In this document: positions 24,339 to 36,188 of the stretch, in pieces | Layout: each line of letters opens with the position of its first letter | How positions within the stretch are numbered: the stretch's first letter is position 1 | Assembly (NCBI GenBank): GCA_030141605.1 | Contig: JAQGDQ010002366.1 | Location: 256,660-320,659 of the forward strand | Origin: Tubiluchus corallicola | Taxonomy: Eukaryota > Animalia > Priapulida | Direction: 5' to 3' | Length of the DNA stretch: 64,000 nt | Made by a program: the position numbers and the translations under genes | The notes under the pieces: model-generated | Seen by the model: only the letters and a program-made list of their open reading frames with translations | The model's database searches: none | Told to the model about the DNA's origin: nothing

Positions 24339-27300
24339 ATTCTTGCTTATTTGAATTCGTCGCCTAAACTTTTGTTTGAAAAAAATTATTCATGTCGGGA
24401 ATAAATGGCGCAATGTTGATCCAGCCTGTATAAATTAATTCATCATCTCCCAGTTTGGGTTTGACTTAGTATCGTTTGTCTGGATTTTAGGAAAAGAATC
24501 TTCTCCACTGTTGAACACAAGTGTCGACTGTCTTTCGTCAGTCTGAAACAAAACAAGAAAACCACATGGATAATATGTGGCTTACTTAAATTCTATTACT
24601 TCACCAAACAAAAGTTAAAACACTTCACTTCGTTAAAGACACAACAAAACTTACAAAATACAAAGTGAATTTCAGTTAAAAAGAATTTAGATGAGCAGCA
24701 CATTTAAACGCTGCTAAACTGAGAACGGCAATCGAAAAGGCTATACATTATTCAAATATTTTAGTCAAATACTGTAACAACTGAAAGAAATGGATAAAAT
24801 ATAATAAATTAAGTCGGAACTAATACTTCGTTATAACCACTCACATGTAGTAAACAAACACGAACTCTTAAGCACATACCTTCCTAAAACTTAACTCGTA
24901 TATTCCTCGTATTCATATAATGTCGTTTTAAAAACGCTTAATATTAAGATATCAGCTAGGTACAATTTATGTAGCAGCAGTCTATTGCAAAATTGGGTAA
25001 ACAATCAGCTATAGTAACCTTACACCCGAACAGATAATCATGCCTAATAGCCTATATCGGTTTCAGAATAAACCCCTATGATAATAGATGTAATGATTGC
25101 AACAATGAATGCCCTACCGGCTTGGATTGGGTGGCTGCTATATTCATTCAATGATTGTATGGTTTATGATGGTACACTAAATGTATAGCTGATAATGAAA
25201 CGTGAGGTCTCTGGAGAGACAACGCTGTTATACTGATTGTCATTAATATTTTAACTCGACGGCGTTTGTAATAACGGTTGTTGTGTCTAGAAGTAAAAGT
25301 GAAAGAATGGTTGTTGAACCTGCGATGAATTACATTCGCATTCTTTCATGGCTTTAGCATGATTGGACTAAAATGGGGATGTGAAATGGGTGAATGACAG
25401 TTTCAGAGATGTCATACGTTACAGGATTACCACTCCTCTTGATTTCGTAATTATTTATCCATTTCTTTTCTCTACTTGATATAGATTTCGTAACCATCTC
25501 ATTTTCATCCTCTTTGCACACTGTTTGGACAACATATTTTTACGCTGATTTCGACACGTTCAATGTACAGTCAGTAGACTGAGGGCTGATAGCTCAAATA
25601 TCAAATTGAGAGCCTTCCTCCTTCGATTAATTAACTCTTAAGTTAATTGTTGATTAGGTCTATATATGTACAGCATTTGTTAATTCTGACTCATCGCAGC
25701 TCATCGTCTAAAAATTCTGTCATTGAGCTAGCTAAAACCAACCAATTTGATTACATTGATTATGTAAAACTTAAAATGGTTGATTTAAGAGATGAACGTT
25801 AATCACATAGCACCCCTTTTTCTATGCAATAAGTTTTGCAGTAGCTTAGCCAGTCAGTAAAGTTACGTATCGTGTCATTATTTACTTAATGCCTGTGACC
25901 GACCACGAAATGGTTAAGAAATATTTGCATTTCAGTTCCATTGCGTTTGAAAACCATAACGAAAGTGACCTGCAGACCTATTTCGTGTGTATAGACTACC
26001 AATTCAGAAATATTTTATAAAAATAAAATGTTTTTTTAGTATTTTAATGTCGAATTCAAACGTGGTACCCTGGAAATCAACCATTGTTAATAACGGGTGA
26101 TTTTAATGTTATCATTAGAGCAGCTTATAATATAGAGATGGGAAGTGGCTTACGAATTAAATTTTAGGAACTTACAAGTATTTTTAATGTGCGAACTGAG
26201 CTTTATAATTATTGCGGCCTCAGCGTACGCTTGCAGTACAGCAGACAAGATGGAGAAAAAGTCCTACTATTAAAGTGATTTATTTTGCCTTCAGTCTGCA
26301 TGAATTAGCATAAAATACTTGCTCGGACGTGTTTAAGACATCTCTGCCTTTTAAAGCTTCAGATGATTGTTCTTCATAAGGAGCACGATTCCGGTCCTGT
26401 CGCAATCACCGACATTCATTAAGTATATCGCAAACGTCTAACCTAATTAAACTATTTTTTCGGAACGCACAATCTAAAAACAAACTTTAAATTTGTCATT
26501 TAGCAGTTCACGTTAAATTGTTACATGGTTAGAGTTTAGGAAGGGAATGAATCAGATAGGACAAAGAGGAATCAGATAGAAGGAAAGGAAAGGAGACCAA
26601 AAGGATGTGTAGGAGAAGAAGAAAAGAATGAAAAAAACAGGAAGAGTGAGAGGAGAAAACGCAGTCACCCTATTAAGGTTTTTTAATTTAATTTCATCTT
26701 TGGCCGCTGGGTCTTCTGCGTGGCTCGTACGGTTTGCGGCTTTTCGCCATATATGAGTCTCCCAGCCCACATCAGTATTTAAACCACGTGTAATGTCTCC
26801 AAATTGTAAACTTGTGATGTGGATTAAATAAAAAATAAAAGTTAACAGTTATTAAAAAGCTAAGTCCATCAACAACGTCGTTATTGACAATACTAATTAG
26901 ATAATCAATGTTCCGATACTTTGAGCTTTCGTTGAGCGACAATTCTCTGTCAAATTTCGCTAACTAAGGTGAATATTTTATCCACCAGTGAATGATTTAG
27001 ATTTTATACTATACATTACTTCACTAAACTTTCTAGAGTGGTATTATCGAGTAATCACGTATTTCATACCTACACCAAAAAGCAAGTTTACCAGTAAGGT
27101 ATTCACTAATGCTATTAGAACACTAATAAAACAAAGAATTAATCAACAACCCAGCGTTGAGTGATTACATGAACTTTGTTGCGTTGAAACAAACCCACAA
27201 TTGCAAGCAGTCGAGTTGAATTATTGATAACATTTGCCCTGGCTACTGTAATAATGGTGAATCCCTCACTTGGCTTCATCATGTGTTATTGTAGCAGCAG

Positions 27301-29059
27301 TTAATTTCCTGATAAAACTAATTATTATTGTTACCAGTGCGGATGCTGACAACTGTTAGAACAAACTTCATATTTTAGTCTAAACACGAAAATTGTTAAT
27401 AGCTGAACATGCTAAACTAGGAGAACATTTATGCATTTAATTAGCCCCTGGAAGGGACAGGTTGCGCTGTTTCTTAATTCTGACACTGCGTAAAAAATCT
27501 TATATGATTGTACAAATAAATTTTAAACTGAACAGTCCTATGCATACAGTATACGAACGTTTCACGCATGCAGAGGCATCGCAAAATTCTCAAAACATAA
27601 TTATAACACCCTCGTAAACAGATATTCAGCTCATCAAAAGTTTTATTAAGTAGTTTGATGTCACACACCTAATATAGCACCAACCTATCCACACGGTGAT
27701 CCGACATTTTTTTACTACCAGTTCATGTAAGTTAACAGAGGTATAAGCATTGGATTAAATTCGCTTTAATTTAAGCTGACATTTCGGCCTTCTGCAATCA
27801 CTGAAAAGCGAAAGAAAACAAGAAGTGAAACACGTGGTGAATAAGATGCAGCAAATCAAATATACACGGTTAAACAGAAAGTAGAAGGAACGAGGAGAAC
27901 ACACATCAAATACTTAAAGTGAAATAAATACAGAATGGCAGGTATGAGAAATAAAGGAGATAGTTGTAAAATGCCTCCAGCAAAGCTACTGTCCAATGCC
28001 TGGCAGCTGAACTTGCTATGTCAACAAAAAGCCACGATTGTAATCAGCGCGTAAACAGAAAATCGCGGAAAAAAATGAAATGTTTTCCTTTTCATTATAC
28101 TACTTAATTTTAGCCAATTTTCCAAAATCCTTCAAACGTTCAAATAATTTTTAGATAATTCTAGGTTTTTGAAGGTCAATTCTTATGACAAAATATAACT
28201 TGCAATGTCTGATTATTCTGTTCTGATTATTCTGTTTCAATTTGTTCTCATTATTTCCGCTTATAAATTTATCAACATATAGAGATGGGTGTAAAGCATA
28301 TGCTTCAATCATACAAAAGATATTACATGATATAAATAATTTTGTTCATATTGTAGCAGCTGTCATACAGAATGTCAGTTCATATAATAACGTAATCAAT
28401 TTTACAATGTGCACGTTTCACAGTGATAGTTGCAATGTAGATAACTGTAATATACTTGATTCATGAATTAATTGTTGGTACTTCAAAGCAAAGGCCGAAT
28501 GACCACGATATGTGCTAGCTAGTTAGCAATGACGAAGCCAGTTAGTAAATGAATTTGTTCAATACGCGCTCAGGGTGGTTTCCTTCACTAATTTTCTTAC
28601 TGTTTACCTCCTTGTTGTCACATCAAATCTTAACTGAGTCATTTCTGCCAGGTCACTGCCTCATTTTAGATGGTTAGCCTTGGTGATGCCTCATCTATGT
28701 TGAGCAGGTCTTGCAACAGAGTGTTGTGTGTGATGTGAGTAAAATATACATATAAATTTATGTGATATGCTACTTGTTTGTATTCTTGCTGTTAATTGCT
28801 GATTTTCGTGATGGTGATTATGATAACTATAATTATGACAATGATGATGAAACAACGATTACGGCGACTACAACGACGATGTTATTGTTGATAGTGATAA
28901 TAATGTTAATGGAGATGATGGCGATTTTGATTTTGTTGCTACTGCTATTGTTGTTGGAATTGATTTAATTGGTGAAATGATGATGATGGAAACAGTGAAC
29001 TATTGCTGTTGCTATTGCAACCTATTGTAGCAGTTACTGCTCTTGCCTGCCGTTCCTGA

Positions 29060-29269
29060 TTTTAGCAGTGATAATGATGACAGTGGTGATGATAGTAATG
29101 ATGAGGGTGATGATGATAATGATGATGATGATGACGATGATGATGATAGTAATGATGGTGATGATGATGATTATGATTATGATGATGATGGTGATGATGA
29201 TGATGATGACAATGGCGATGATAGTAATGATGATGATGATGATGGTGATGGTGATGGTGATGGTGATGG

Positions 29270-29302
<33 letters not shown>

Positions 29303-29360
29303 GGATGATGATGGTAATGATGATGTGGTGATGATGACGATGATGATGATGATAAAGGTG
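29060..29360. repeat. (GAT/GGT/GAC)n trinucleotide microsatellite within a degenerate trinucleotide tract (~28800-29460)
   Basis: Directly visible gatgatgat runs; they account for the poly-D, poly-M and poly-H ORFs. Confidence 0.95.
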
Positions 29361-31867
29361 ACGTCAGTGATGATGTTAATATTATTGTCAGTGGGGATGT
29401 TGATGTTAATTGTGTTAACAATAACGATAACGGTGACGATTTAAAATGACGACTACAATGATGAGTTTCTGAGTATGTATGAATTTCTTAAAATTGTTGT
29501 AGTTTGCTAGTTTACAGATTATAAACTCCTGCTCAAAGTTGGAAAAAAGAGAAAAAAAGGAAATGAAAATATAGAAAGATAAAGAAATAAAAGTAGCAAC
29601 TGAAATGGATAAAAGAGAGCAAAATAGTTAAGAAAATGAAAGTAAAAATAAAGAAAATAATGGAACAAAGATAGTTAAGCTGAATGAAAGAAAACACGTA
29701 ATTATTAGTTTTCATTTCAAAAGATATCATTTAATTTATGTATTTAACTAAATTAACACATTTAGCTATCAAAACAAGTAATGGATTTAAGTTCGAACCA
29801 AGTGTCCGGCATGCAGGTACCTAAATAAACGGATTTTTTCTCGTAAAATCGTTATTTGTGAAAAAAATCATGCTCATAAACTAAAACAAGAATAACGAAC
29901 TTGAGAGCGGTTTTCTATTCATATATTTACTTTATTTTACTTCATATTTCTACTTATATATACTATATTTTCTTTAATGCCTTTAGGTTAGGTTTTTTTT
30001 TATTAACTTTATTACTGATTATCTTATCTTTTTCATGTTACAATTTTTTTTCGTTGTCTTTATTTACTTTCGTATTACGTGTTTTGTGAATTTAGGTTGC
30101 TGAATAGAGGAAGCTCTCCAGGCATTTAGGCCTAATGGCCCGGAAATATTTTTTCAGAGCAGCAGTTACAGAGAAAACTCTATAATATATATATATTGTT
30201 GACTGCTTTTGAATAGCGCAGTTCATGTAGACAACTGCGTACACTTACTGCAATAAAAACAATATTAGTATTAGTTCCTGTCGCGATTAATAAGTAGGCT
30301 TATATGTTCTAAACGTTTGAACTTCAACTATCTTATTTTTAACAAAAGCCCCTATATGTACGTGGGACTTGCCCAAATTTTTCCTGAATGACGTAAATAC
30401 TAAAAAGTTATTTAAATGCTGTTGCTCCTATTTTAATGCATTCTACGTAGCAACCTATATAATGAATTTTAAAATGTTACGCATAAATTTCTGCTATATA
30501 AAAAAAACTTCAAGTCAACATTAAGCCTCAGAATTTGTGATTGCATCCGAAATGTCTGTCACATTTTACGCTGTATTTTGTGAATACACTTTATGTACGC
30601 GATTCTCTATCAATTAATAACAATGCGTTTGGCTTTGTGCAACCACTAACCGTTATGCACAAATGCAAACGAACTCATAATAGAGCAACACAAAAGTGTT
30701 GGAAATGTGCAACACAAAAGTAAAAATTATGGTAATATTTAACGAACCATTGCTTTCCAGTTGCTAGGTAACGCATGGAAACAGATAGTTAATAATTGTC
30801 GCGGAATATTTTGTATAGATGAACACTTGTCGGTTATGTACATATATATCACATTCAACCATGCATGGTGCATGCACGCCACACAACTGATATAACATTA
30901 GTATGAACATCAAACTAATAGTGTGTAACTAGAGAGAGCATGGGCAGCATAAACTGATGCATACCTGTAGGGGTAGTGCACGCTGACGTATGTCTGGCTT
31001 CACTAGATTAATAAAGACGCTTTCTTCCAAACTGCTTTGTTTGATAACAACTGAAAAGTTAGAATATTACAACGCTGAGATGCACAAATGCAATTTGTCA
31101 ATCGAATAATAATAATGTTCTTTCGCCGCCGAAAGTGCTCAACAGCTTTCCTAGATTGTTTAGCCTTTGCAACAATAGTGTAAAAAAATTGTGAAATTTT
31201 TAGTTCATTTAAATAACTGTGCAACCAAGATGACACAGGTGATGGTTTTACAATCAGAAACTTAACGAAAATCTTGGCATCTTTCTAACAACAATTATCA
31301 AATGGCTAATGTAAATGGAAGTCCTATTATTCCCTGGAATCTCTGGTTTCTCAACTGCTTTTGTATAATTAGTTTTGTTTACACATATGCTGTGAAATGC
31401 ACGTGGGTCCAGTCTGCTTTTAGCAACGTGCATACTTTCTTATAATAATCAGTATTATTCATTTCGGCTTTGATTGAGTAACCTTATAGGTTTATACCAC
31501 ATTCGTGCTAAGAAATTATAAACTGTTTATGTGTATCTATGCCGGAATCTGTTTGGTTAATTTTTATCTACGTCGGCTTGTTCGTAACTCTTTTATGATG
31601 TGTAATATTCCGACATAAATAATTGTGCTGCGACAGAAATCTGCATGCTTTTGTTAAATTGTTGTGTCTAATACATGAGTATGTTGAAATATGACACGGA
31701 CTCCACCCGACTGCTTGTAAACAGCGATGTTTGTAAAAAAAAGCTGTGACACGTTTGTTCAAACATAACACTATTTTTGGAGTAAGCAATATGTAACCCC
31801 TAATATTATTTTTCAGTTTTGCAGAGTAATCAGTTAAAATTTAGCGAGTTTAAAGCAATTAAAATTT

Positions 31868-32575
31868 TTACACTTCTGACTCTTGTTCTTGAGTGAATGT
31901 TTCGTCAAAATCTTCCGCCTGTCTCAGGTCTATAGCAAACTTATTTGGCAGAGAGTTGAAGTTCATGTTTTTCACGCACTCGCTGCCAAATTGTTTGAAA
32001 GCCAAAGCTAAAGCGTACGCTAGACGGCGAGCGATAATGCGACTTGAGCACACGTATGCAAAACATTGAAAGGTTGGTCCAGATTGTCCCTTATCCACAA
32101 TTATCATAGAAAACACGCGGCTGTACTTCACATCTTGTACGCCGTATGAAATCGAGTCTATTTGTTGAAAAGTTTCTTCAATCTCACTGTTTGGATCTGA
32201 TGTTACCATACTGACTCCGGTGCGGAAAACACGCAGTTGCACACACGGTAACTCCATCCCATGCTCAGCATTACGAGATTCAGTTATTAGTTCCTCCACA
32301 ACACCTCGCGTATGCTGGATACCCCAAAGTCCACGAGTAGGCCTGCTTCCCAAAAATTTCACATGAAATTCTTGTGGCAACGTGTCAACAGCAACATTCG
32401 GATCGAGTGCGTCTAGAAGTCTCTGCGTACCTTCTTCTAAAGTTTTTTTAACAGTTTCCACGGGTTTTTCTTTGATACCAAGCAATTTAAAAAGCTTCGT
32501 TCCCTTTATCATCGTGGAAGAGTTCTTCTCTTTTTCAGGAGGAGTCGTTATTTTGGGTAAGCCCGAGTTATCCAT
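31868..32575 (-). CDS. Single-exon PTB/PID (phosphotyrosine-interaction) domain adaptor protein, 235 aa
   Basis: Intact ORF with Dab-like PTB hallmarks: FHVKFLG, helix, VQLRVFRTGV, IDSISYGVQD...VFSMI, FQCFAYVC, ARRLAYALALAF. It ends in ESEV (class I PDZ-binding motif). Confidence 0.85.
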   Translation of the reverse strand: MDNSGLPKITTPPEKEKNSSTMIKGTKLFKLLGIKEKPVETVKKTLEEGTQRLLDALDPNVAVDTLPQEFHVKFLGSRPTRGLWGIQHTRGVVEELITESRNAEHGMELPCVQLRVFRTGVSMVTSDPNSEIEETFQQIDSISYGVQDVKYSRVFSMIIVDKGQSGPTFQCFAYVCSSRIIARRLAYALALAFKQFGSECVKNMNFNSLPNKFAIDLRQAEDFDETFTQEQESEV

Positions 32576-33882
32576 CTCTCACAAAAAGTTGGTAATACCT
32601 TTACTGCAAATTAAGAATTAGCATCTTTATTAATACCATATATAAAGTTTATTAACACCATGCATCAAAGTTCTTTATCACACTATGCGAACAGATAAGC
32701 TTATTTTGATGTCATAATTTTTCTCTTTGTATTGTGATGGTGCACGAAAAACAATCATTTATACGCATCAAGGAAAATCGCTCATATTTTAAACGGTAGC
32801 TGTTTAATTTCGAAACTTATGTGATCGGTAAACGCAAGAGAACTAGGCAGTCTTTGCCAAGCCTTCAAAAACTAGTACTCAGGATGAGATCTGTCACGCT
32901 CAATGATCTAACCAAATCATAACACCGCCCAGTAGACGAATAATTATCTATATAATTTAGCGGTCACGACTCTAGCTACCTGCAGTCGGTGGCCTCAGAT
33001 CAAACAATTTTGCTTTATCGCAGCTCGGTCTGTCTACTTTGAACACACAAGCAATTTACTTTCACACTGAGGGTTAGTGAAATTTGGTTACATGCATGAC
33101 TTAACCAAGAACTGGAGTCAAGTCAGTAAGGAAATGAGTTTCCACATAACAGTACTCGATGCAAATAGAATTAGAATTTATTTATTTCACACAGGTACGA
33201 ATAGGTATAATTGTAAAGTTTTTTCATAACCTTTGGTATACAGAAAAGTCGGATTAACATACCTTAGGACTGAGTAGGTGTTATAATAAAATGTTAAGAC
33301 ATTTACAATTTTATATCCAACTTTTAACAGTGACCGTTTTCAAATGCAAAGTTAACGATGCAAACGTTGAACTAAGGTTTATTAAATCAATTTCTAGTTT
33401 TTACACATTCCTGTGCTATAACAAAAATAATTTTATCAACAATTGTGAATTTTACACAATTACACGGATTATTTTTATTTTAACAGTAACATTACTCAAT
33501 AAGAATAAGAAAAAAAATGCAGGAAACAACAACAAGAAAGTTATGCAAAGGATCATTTGCTTGCGCTGCAAATGAACATTCTTCATATTTTAAATATATT
33601 AATTTCAGTGATACAGAGCGTTATGCATAAGATTCGAGGCTACAGCTTCGAGGACGGCACATTAAACGAATGGTCTCGATCTAGCGTCGTCACGCTGATG
33701 GTTATTTTACGAATCGGGGCCACCAGAATGAACGCGGGGTGAAAAACATCCAGCAATGGCCTTTTTTTTCGCAAAACTCATACTCCTTATTTCTAAAGAA
33801 CGGGAATGTGTGCGCAGAACTGGGTGCTTATATTAAGCCCAATGGTTGAATACCTCGTTGAATGGTGGATGCAATATTGACC

Positions 33883-34060
33883 GCGCGTTCAGACATGAAT
33901 CTCACAAATTCCTGCGCAAGTTCTCTCTGGAAGTAAAGTCGCTAACGTGAGCAACTCTCGCTGAATTTGCAATAACTTGCGAGCAGAACTTGCAAAGCGG
34001 CACACTTGCGAGTTTACTCTCAAAGAGAATTTGCGCAAGAACTCTCTAGTCTGAATGCGC
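33883..34060. mobile_element. Palindromic MITE (Harbinger-like ends)
   Basis: Termini gcgcgttcagac / gtctgaatgcgc. Inner arms tgcgcaagttctctctggaagtaaagtcgc / gcgagtttactctcaaagagaatttgcgca are reverse-complementary. Confidence 0.65.
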
Positions 34061-34744
34061 AATTTCACGGGAGTGCCACGGTTTCCCGCAATGACCGTTT
34101 TCCCAAGCCAAAGCGCACATAATGAACTTGCCCTATTATAGTGCGTATAATTGTGATGAATACTAACAATTTTAATGCTGTGATTATTTCAAAAACTGTG
34201 ATTATTTACTACTAACCTTGTTATTTTTATTTTTTGAGTTCATGCATGATAGACTAGATGTAATCTGCTATTATTGCTTTAACATGCTAATTTAGTGCTT
34301 CAATATTCTGTAATTATCCATCGTTATTACAGTTTAAATTTTTTTAATTAGTAATTACTGGTAAAACTAAATATACTAACTGCAACTAATTCAACCCACT
34401 TCCTTTCAAAAACTAATGGATTTTGTCTCATAAAAGTTTGTGCCTATTAAAAAGCCTGCTGTTAAAAAAGGAGCAGATGAGTTAGTGACCATGGGTCTTT
34501 CGCTGTTCCTACTCAAATATTATTGAAATTCGCTACTACTATATATTGTTACGTGAAATAAATGTAGAAGAAAGAAAATTGAAAAATTTATTTTGTTAAC
34601 GAAAGAAATAAATGCATCCAAACTTGATTAACACACTTCTGCAGATTCCGTGTCACATCTTCATTTTTTTATTTCAGTCAAGAGGAGGAGTTTTTTATAT
34701 CAGGTAGCACAAAAACAACTCAGCAAAGTTTTGATTGTGATATT

Positions 34745-35125
34745 ATAAGGAAACAACAAAATCACTGGAAACTTACCAAACTGACTTGCATATGCTACTG
34801 TATAAACACCAAAACGTTTAGGTCATTCCTTTAGATTTTTTCCAACATACAGCAATTTTAAATCAAGTCAAAAAACATGCCAGAATAAATTTAGCATGTT
34901 CCACATTATTAGAATTTACAACAAGTGCTCTAAGAGTCCATCATTTTCAATGCAAACTAGATGAAGACGTTTCTTCTAACAGCTGACATGGTTTTTTCAA
35001 TTCGTTAAAGGGTATTTGGTTGCATTACTGAACAGTTTTTGCCTTTAGCTCCACTGCATCCAGTGGTTTTCTGCGGACATCATACACTTCTCTTTAAGGG
35101 AATTCCACAGGAATAAGTCCCATTT
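34745..35125 (-). mobile_element. Decayed Tc1/mariner transposase 3' remnant
   Basis: With one frameshift the minus strand reads DLFLWNSLKE(K)VYDVRRKPLDAVELKAKTVQ*CNQIP, resembling the D-F-LWG-LK--VY---P----ELK tail of mariner-type transposases. Confidence 0.5.
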
Positions 35126-36188
35126 TTTTGACAACAGATGAAACATAGCAGTTTTTCAACTGATGATTAGCAGACTTTGTTCTGGCATTTAAATTTTTAA
35201 CATGCAAAACCTTTTCTGTTATAACTGAAAGCTAATATGCTGTAATATGAAGCTGTGAAATTTCAACTGTGTGGGGCACTTGCATTCTTAAAACAAGGGC
35301 CAAGTGATTTACAAATATATATGACAACACCCAGAAGGGTTAATAAGTTTCATTAGCCAAGACCTTTTAAGCCATGCCACATAAAGTGATGGCATGCAAC
35401 AGATTTAAAAAATATGTATGAACTGATATTTTGTGCAGCAGTATGTAACAGAGAGTTATCATAGAAAACAGAGGAACAGATATCTAATCCATATGATTTA
35501 ACTCAACTGATTCACAACCAACTCCTTTTATTTGGTTGAAGTAAGTAATTTGCACATAAACTATATAATCATAACTTTCAATTACCAAGATACATTACTA
35601 CATTCTTTGCATGAACCCATTCGATTTGGTGCCAGTACTGCGTAAACTTATATCTTAATGCACAAGCCCAAAAATTTCTATTACTTGCCAACATTATATA
35701 ATAAATGCAACTTAAAACTGATACTAACAGCTTAATAATCATAAAATGATTTAGAGAGCAGCAGCACAGAATTGAGAACTTCAAGAATTCCTTGCATGTA
35801 ATCCTACTGTTAGATATATCACAAAATCATTCTGGCTATAATAAAACAATAACCTTTGGTTATTATAACACATAATATGAAGTAATTCATTCATCATGTG
35901 ACTTAATTAGAGTTATATTAAAACAGATAAAGTGCTTTCATAACATATAAGCATGATGACCATGGCTAACAGTGGCAGCATAATTATGGTATCATCCTCC
36001 AACATCGATTATGATTGTGCCTACTTGAAAAAATTTGTTGCATTACAGCAATAACACAATACAGTTAATCTAGCATTATAATTGTGGTTAAAAGTGCAAA
36101 ACACCAGACTGTCAATAGTAAATTATATGAAATAAAATAGAAAATGCTTGTTGTTTAATCACAGTGCATCACAGTAACTGTAGAATTC

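Noticed and set aside
26553-26840. Purine-rich tract followed by a GC-richer segment and A-rich tail (possible SINE/LINE 3' end)
   Set aside because: No TSD, pol III boxes or coding remnant identified; unsupported without a repeat library.
29043-29444. Poly-Asp, poly-Met and poly-His ORFs
   Set aside because: Translation artefacts of a (GAT)n microsatellite that is open in several frames; no splice or domain support.
29780-29815. B-box-like gttcgaacc, considered as a vault RNA or tRNA gene near MVP
   Set aside because: No properly spaced A box, terminal stem or cloverleaf found by eye; an Infernal search with the Vault model would be needed.
24900-31860. Numerous 60-80 aa ORFs in the intergenic stretch
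   Set aside because: Low-complexity AT-rich translations without domains or consistent splice phases.
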